Source: Lachnospiraceae bacterium
GTDB lineage: Bacteria; Bacillota; Clostridia; Lachnospirales; Lachnospiraceae
Length of the DNA: 58,003 nucleotides
Direction of reading: 5' to 3'
Assembly: GCA_030524665.1 (NCBI GenBank)
Contig: JAUNGL010000003.1
Span: forward strand, 1-58,003
Shown here piece after piece: positions 55,915 through 58,003 of this stretch. A program made the position numbers and the translations under genes. The number at the start of each line of letters is the position of its first letter. The stretch's first letter is position 1. The notes under the pieces are model-generated. The model was not told the DNA's origin. It was given only the letters and a program-made list of their open reading frames with translations, and searched no databases.

Positions 55915-57351
55915 ATGAATTATAGGATGATTTTGTTTATAATGGGCTGGGTATTGAGCTTTGAGGCGGCTCTGATGCTTCCTTCTTGTCTGGTGGGAGT
56001 GATCTATCAGGAAAAGGCAGGATTTGCACTTGCATTGGTTATGCTGCTGTGTCTGTTGGTAGGAATACCGACCATTATTAAAAAACCTAAAAATACAGCT
56101 ATTTATGCAAGAGAAGGCTTTGTTGCAGTAGCATTCAGCTGGATTATACTCAGTATTTTTGGCGCACTGCCGTTTGTGATTTCGGGAGCGATTCCTTCTT
56201 ATATTGATGCACTGTTTGAAACGGTATCCGGTTTTACGACGACTGGTTCCAGTATTCTTTCAGATGTGGAAGCACTGCCGAAGTGCTTGCTCTTCTGGCG
56301 AAGCTTTACGCATTGGATCGGCGGTATGGGAGTGTTGGTTTTCCTGATGGCGGTACTTCCGCTGGCAGGCGGCACGAATATGTATATGATGAAAGCGGAA
56401 AGTCCCGGCCCAGTTGTCGGGAAGTTGGTGCCGAAGGTAAAGAGTACGGCAGTTCTGCTGTACGGAATGTATGTGGGTATGAGCATTTTACAGCTTGTTT
56501 TTCTGCTGTTGGGAAGAATGCCGCTGTTTGATGCTTTGACAACGATGTTCGGAACTGCCGGTACCGGAGGTTTCGGAATTAAGAATGACAGCATCGGCGG
56601 ATATTCTCCATATTTGCAGATCGTGATCACTGTGTTTATGATACTGTTCGGTGTGAATTTCAACTTCTATTATCTTATATTGAAAAAGAAGATGAAGCTT
56701 GCGGTTCAGCTTACAGAAGTACGGGCATATTTTTTGATTATTGCAGCTGCAATTATCATGATTACCGTCAATATTTCCGGAATGTTCCCGGATGTGTTTA
56801 CAGCGTTACGCCATGCAGCATTTCAGGTTGGTTCTATTATTACCACCACAGGTTTTGCCACGACGGATTTTGATTTATGGCCGTCCTTTTCAAAGACAAT
56901 TCTGGTATTACTGATGTTTATCGGTGCCTGTGCCGGAAGTACGGGCGGAGGAATCAAGGTATCGAGAATCGTGATGCTGCTGAAAACAATGAGAAAAGAG
57001 CTCGATGTTATTGCACATCCGCACAATGTCAGGAAGCTGAAGGTGGATGGCAGGGTTGTAGAGCATTCGGTTCTGCGTTCCACAAATGTATTTCTGGTGT
57101 CCTATATGGTGATATTCGGATTCTCGCTGCTGCTGATTTCTATCGACAATTTTGACTTTACTACGAATTTTACAGCAGTTGCAGCGACAATGAATAATAT
57201 CGGTCCCGGATTGAGCCTGGTCGGCCCGACACAGAATTTCGGCACTTTTTCGGATTTTTCCAAGCTGGTACTGACATTCGATATGCTGGCAGGACGTCTG
57301 GAGCTGTTCCCGCTGCTGCTTTTATTTGCAAAGAATACATGGGTAAAATAG
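55915..57351 (+). CDS. trkH: Trk potassium uptake membrane subunit
   Basis: Pore motifs SGFTTTG, GTGGF, TTTGF and NNIGPG; also GSTGGGIK and GRLE. Confidence 0.95.
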   Translation: MNYRMILFIMGWVLSFEAALMLPSCLVGVIYQEKAGFALALVMLLCLLVGIPTIIKKPKNTAIYAREGFVAVAFSWIILSIFGALPFVISGAIPSYIDALFETVSGFTTTGSSILSDVEALPKCLLFWRSFTHWIGGMGVLVFLMAVLPLAGGTNMYMMKAESPGPVVGKLVPKVKSTAVLLYGMYVGMSILQLVFLLLGRMPLFDALTTMFGTAGTGGFGIKNDSIGGYSPYLQIVITVFMILFGVNFNFYYLILKKKMKLAVQLTEVRAYFLIIAAAIIMITVNISGMFPDVFTALRHAAFQVGSIITTTGFATTDFDLWPSFSKTILVLLMFIGACAGSTGGGIKVSRIVMLLKTMRKELDVIAHPHNVRKLKVDGRVVEHSVLRSTNVFLVSYMVIFGFSLLLISIDNFDFTTNFTAVAATMNNIGPGLSLVGPTQNFGTFSDFSKLVLTFDMLAGRLELFPLLLLFAKNTWVK

Positions 57352-57819
57352 ATACGGAGGACTGCGTTGGCAGTCCTCTGTTACGTTGCAGGTATGTCCG
57401 ACGGATTTCGGAGGATAAAATTCAGACGCTGTAGTTGACAGGTGTTCTGAATGGCTGTGAATTGTGAGGATTATGTGAACAATTCCTCTAATTTTAAAAA
57501 TAGGTGGACGCACGTTTTTTTTTGTGGTATTCTCTTAAGATGATGTGTTAAGGCATCATTTAAGGTGGAGAGATATCGTTATTTGAACACGAACTGTAGA
57601 GTGATTTGTGTTTATGAGAGTACTGGATGTCCGGTGGACATTTTTCGTGCGGACTGAAGCGGACTCTGGATGTCCGCTTCAGGCACAGTCTTACCGGAGA
57701 CTTTCCTGTCCGGTTTCAGGAGAGATTTAGTGATGGTTCAGAAAAAGAAAGTGATTAGACTGGCCGATGAGAAGCAGGATATCGTACCAGCCTTGGGATG
57801 GAAGTAAGAGGTGGTAGAA

Positions 57820-58003
57820 TTGCGTAAGAAAAAACTGCTGACGGTTACATTATGTATAGCGTTGGCAATGTCAGTATCCGTGCCGGGTACTGCACAAAGT
57901 GACAGCAACCAGAAAGTGGAAGCTGATGCAAACGCGGCAAAGGCATCCAAAAATGAGGAGGCGAAAGCGGAAGCAGAGGCAAAGGCGAAAGCGGAAGCAG
58001 AGG
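57820..58003 (+). CDS. Secreted protein with AEAKAK-type repeats (partial, runs off the window)
   Basis: GAGGTG SD, TTG start, MRKKKLLTVTLCIALAMSVSVPGTA signal peptide, then EEAKAEAEAKAKAEAE; no stop codon in the window. Confidence 0.65.
   Translation, partial: MRKKKLLTVTLCIALAMSVSVPGTAQSDSNQKVEADANAAKASKNEEAKAEAEAKAKAEAE

Overview
Chromosomal window from a spore-forming clostridial Firmicute, Lachnospiraceae-like by inference from gene families and gene order. Core genes include folC, spoIIAA-spoIIAB-sigF, purL and trkA-trkH. Accessory modules: (i) an operon of D-amino-acid aminotransferase, split D-glutamate cyclase (DUF1445 + DUF4392) and an Lrp regulator, divergent from a Liv-type ABC importer, with both operons carrying similar ANTAR-like attenuator leaders; (ii) a type I toxin-antitoxin locus missed by the ORF track, flanked by palindromic repeats; (iii) an ATPase-less hybrid operon pairing sugar-import-type permeases with an export-type membrane-fusion protein, behind an 11-bp-periodic operator; (iv) a GH127/GH146 beta-L-arabinofuranosidase locus whose AraC regulator is frameshifted in a C8 tract; (v) a yybP-ykoY (Mn2+) riboswitch upstream of a flotillin gene; (vi) a RAYT/TnpA-like Y1 transposase lacking its catalytic residues. 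No rRNA, tRNA, CRISPR array or intact mobile element was seen. All family calls come from motif recognition by eye; no database search was run.
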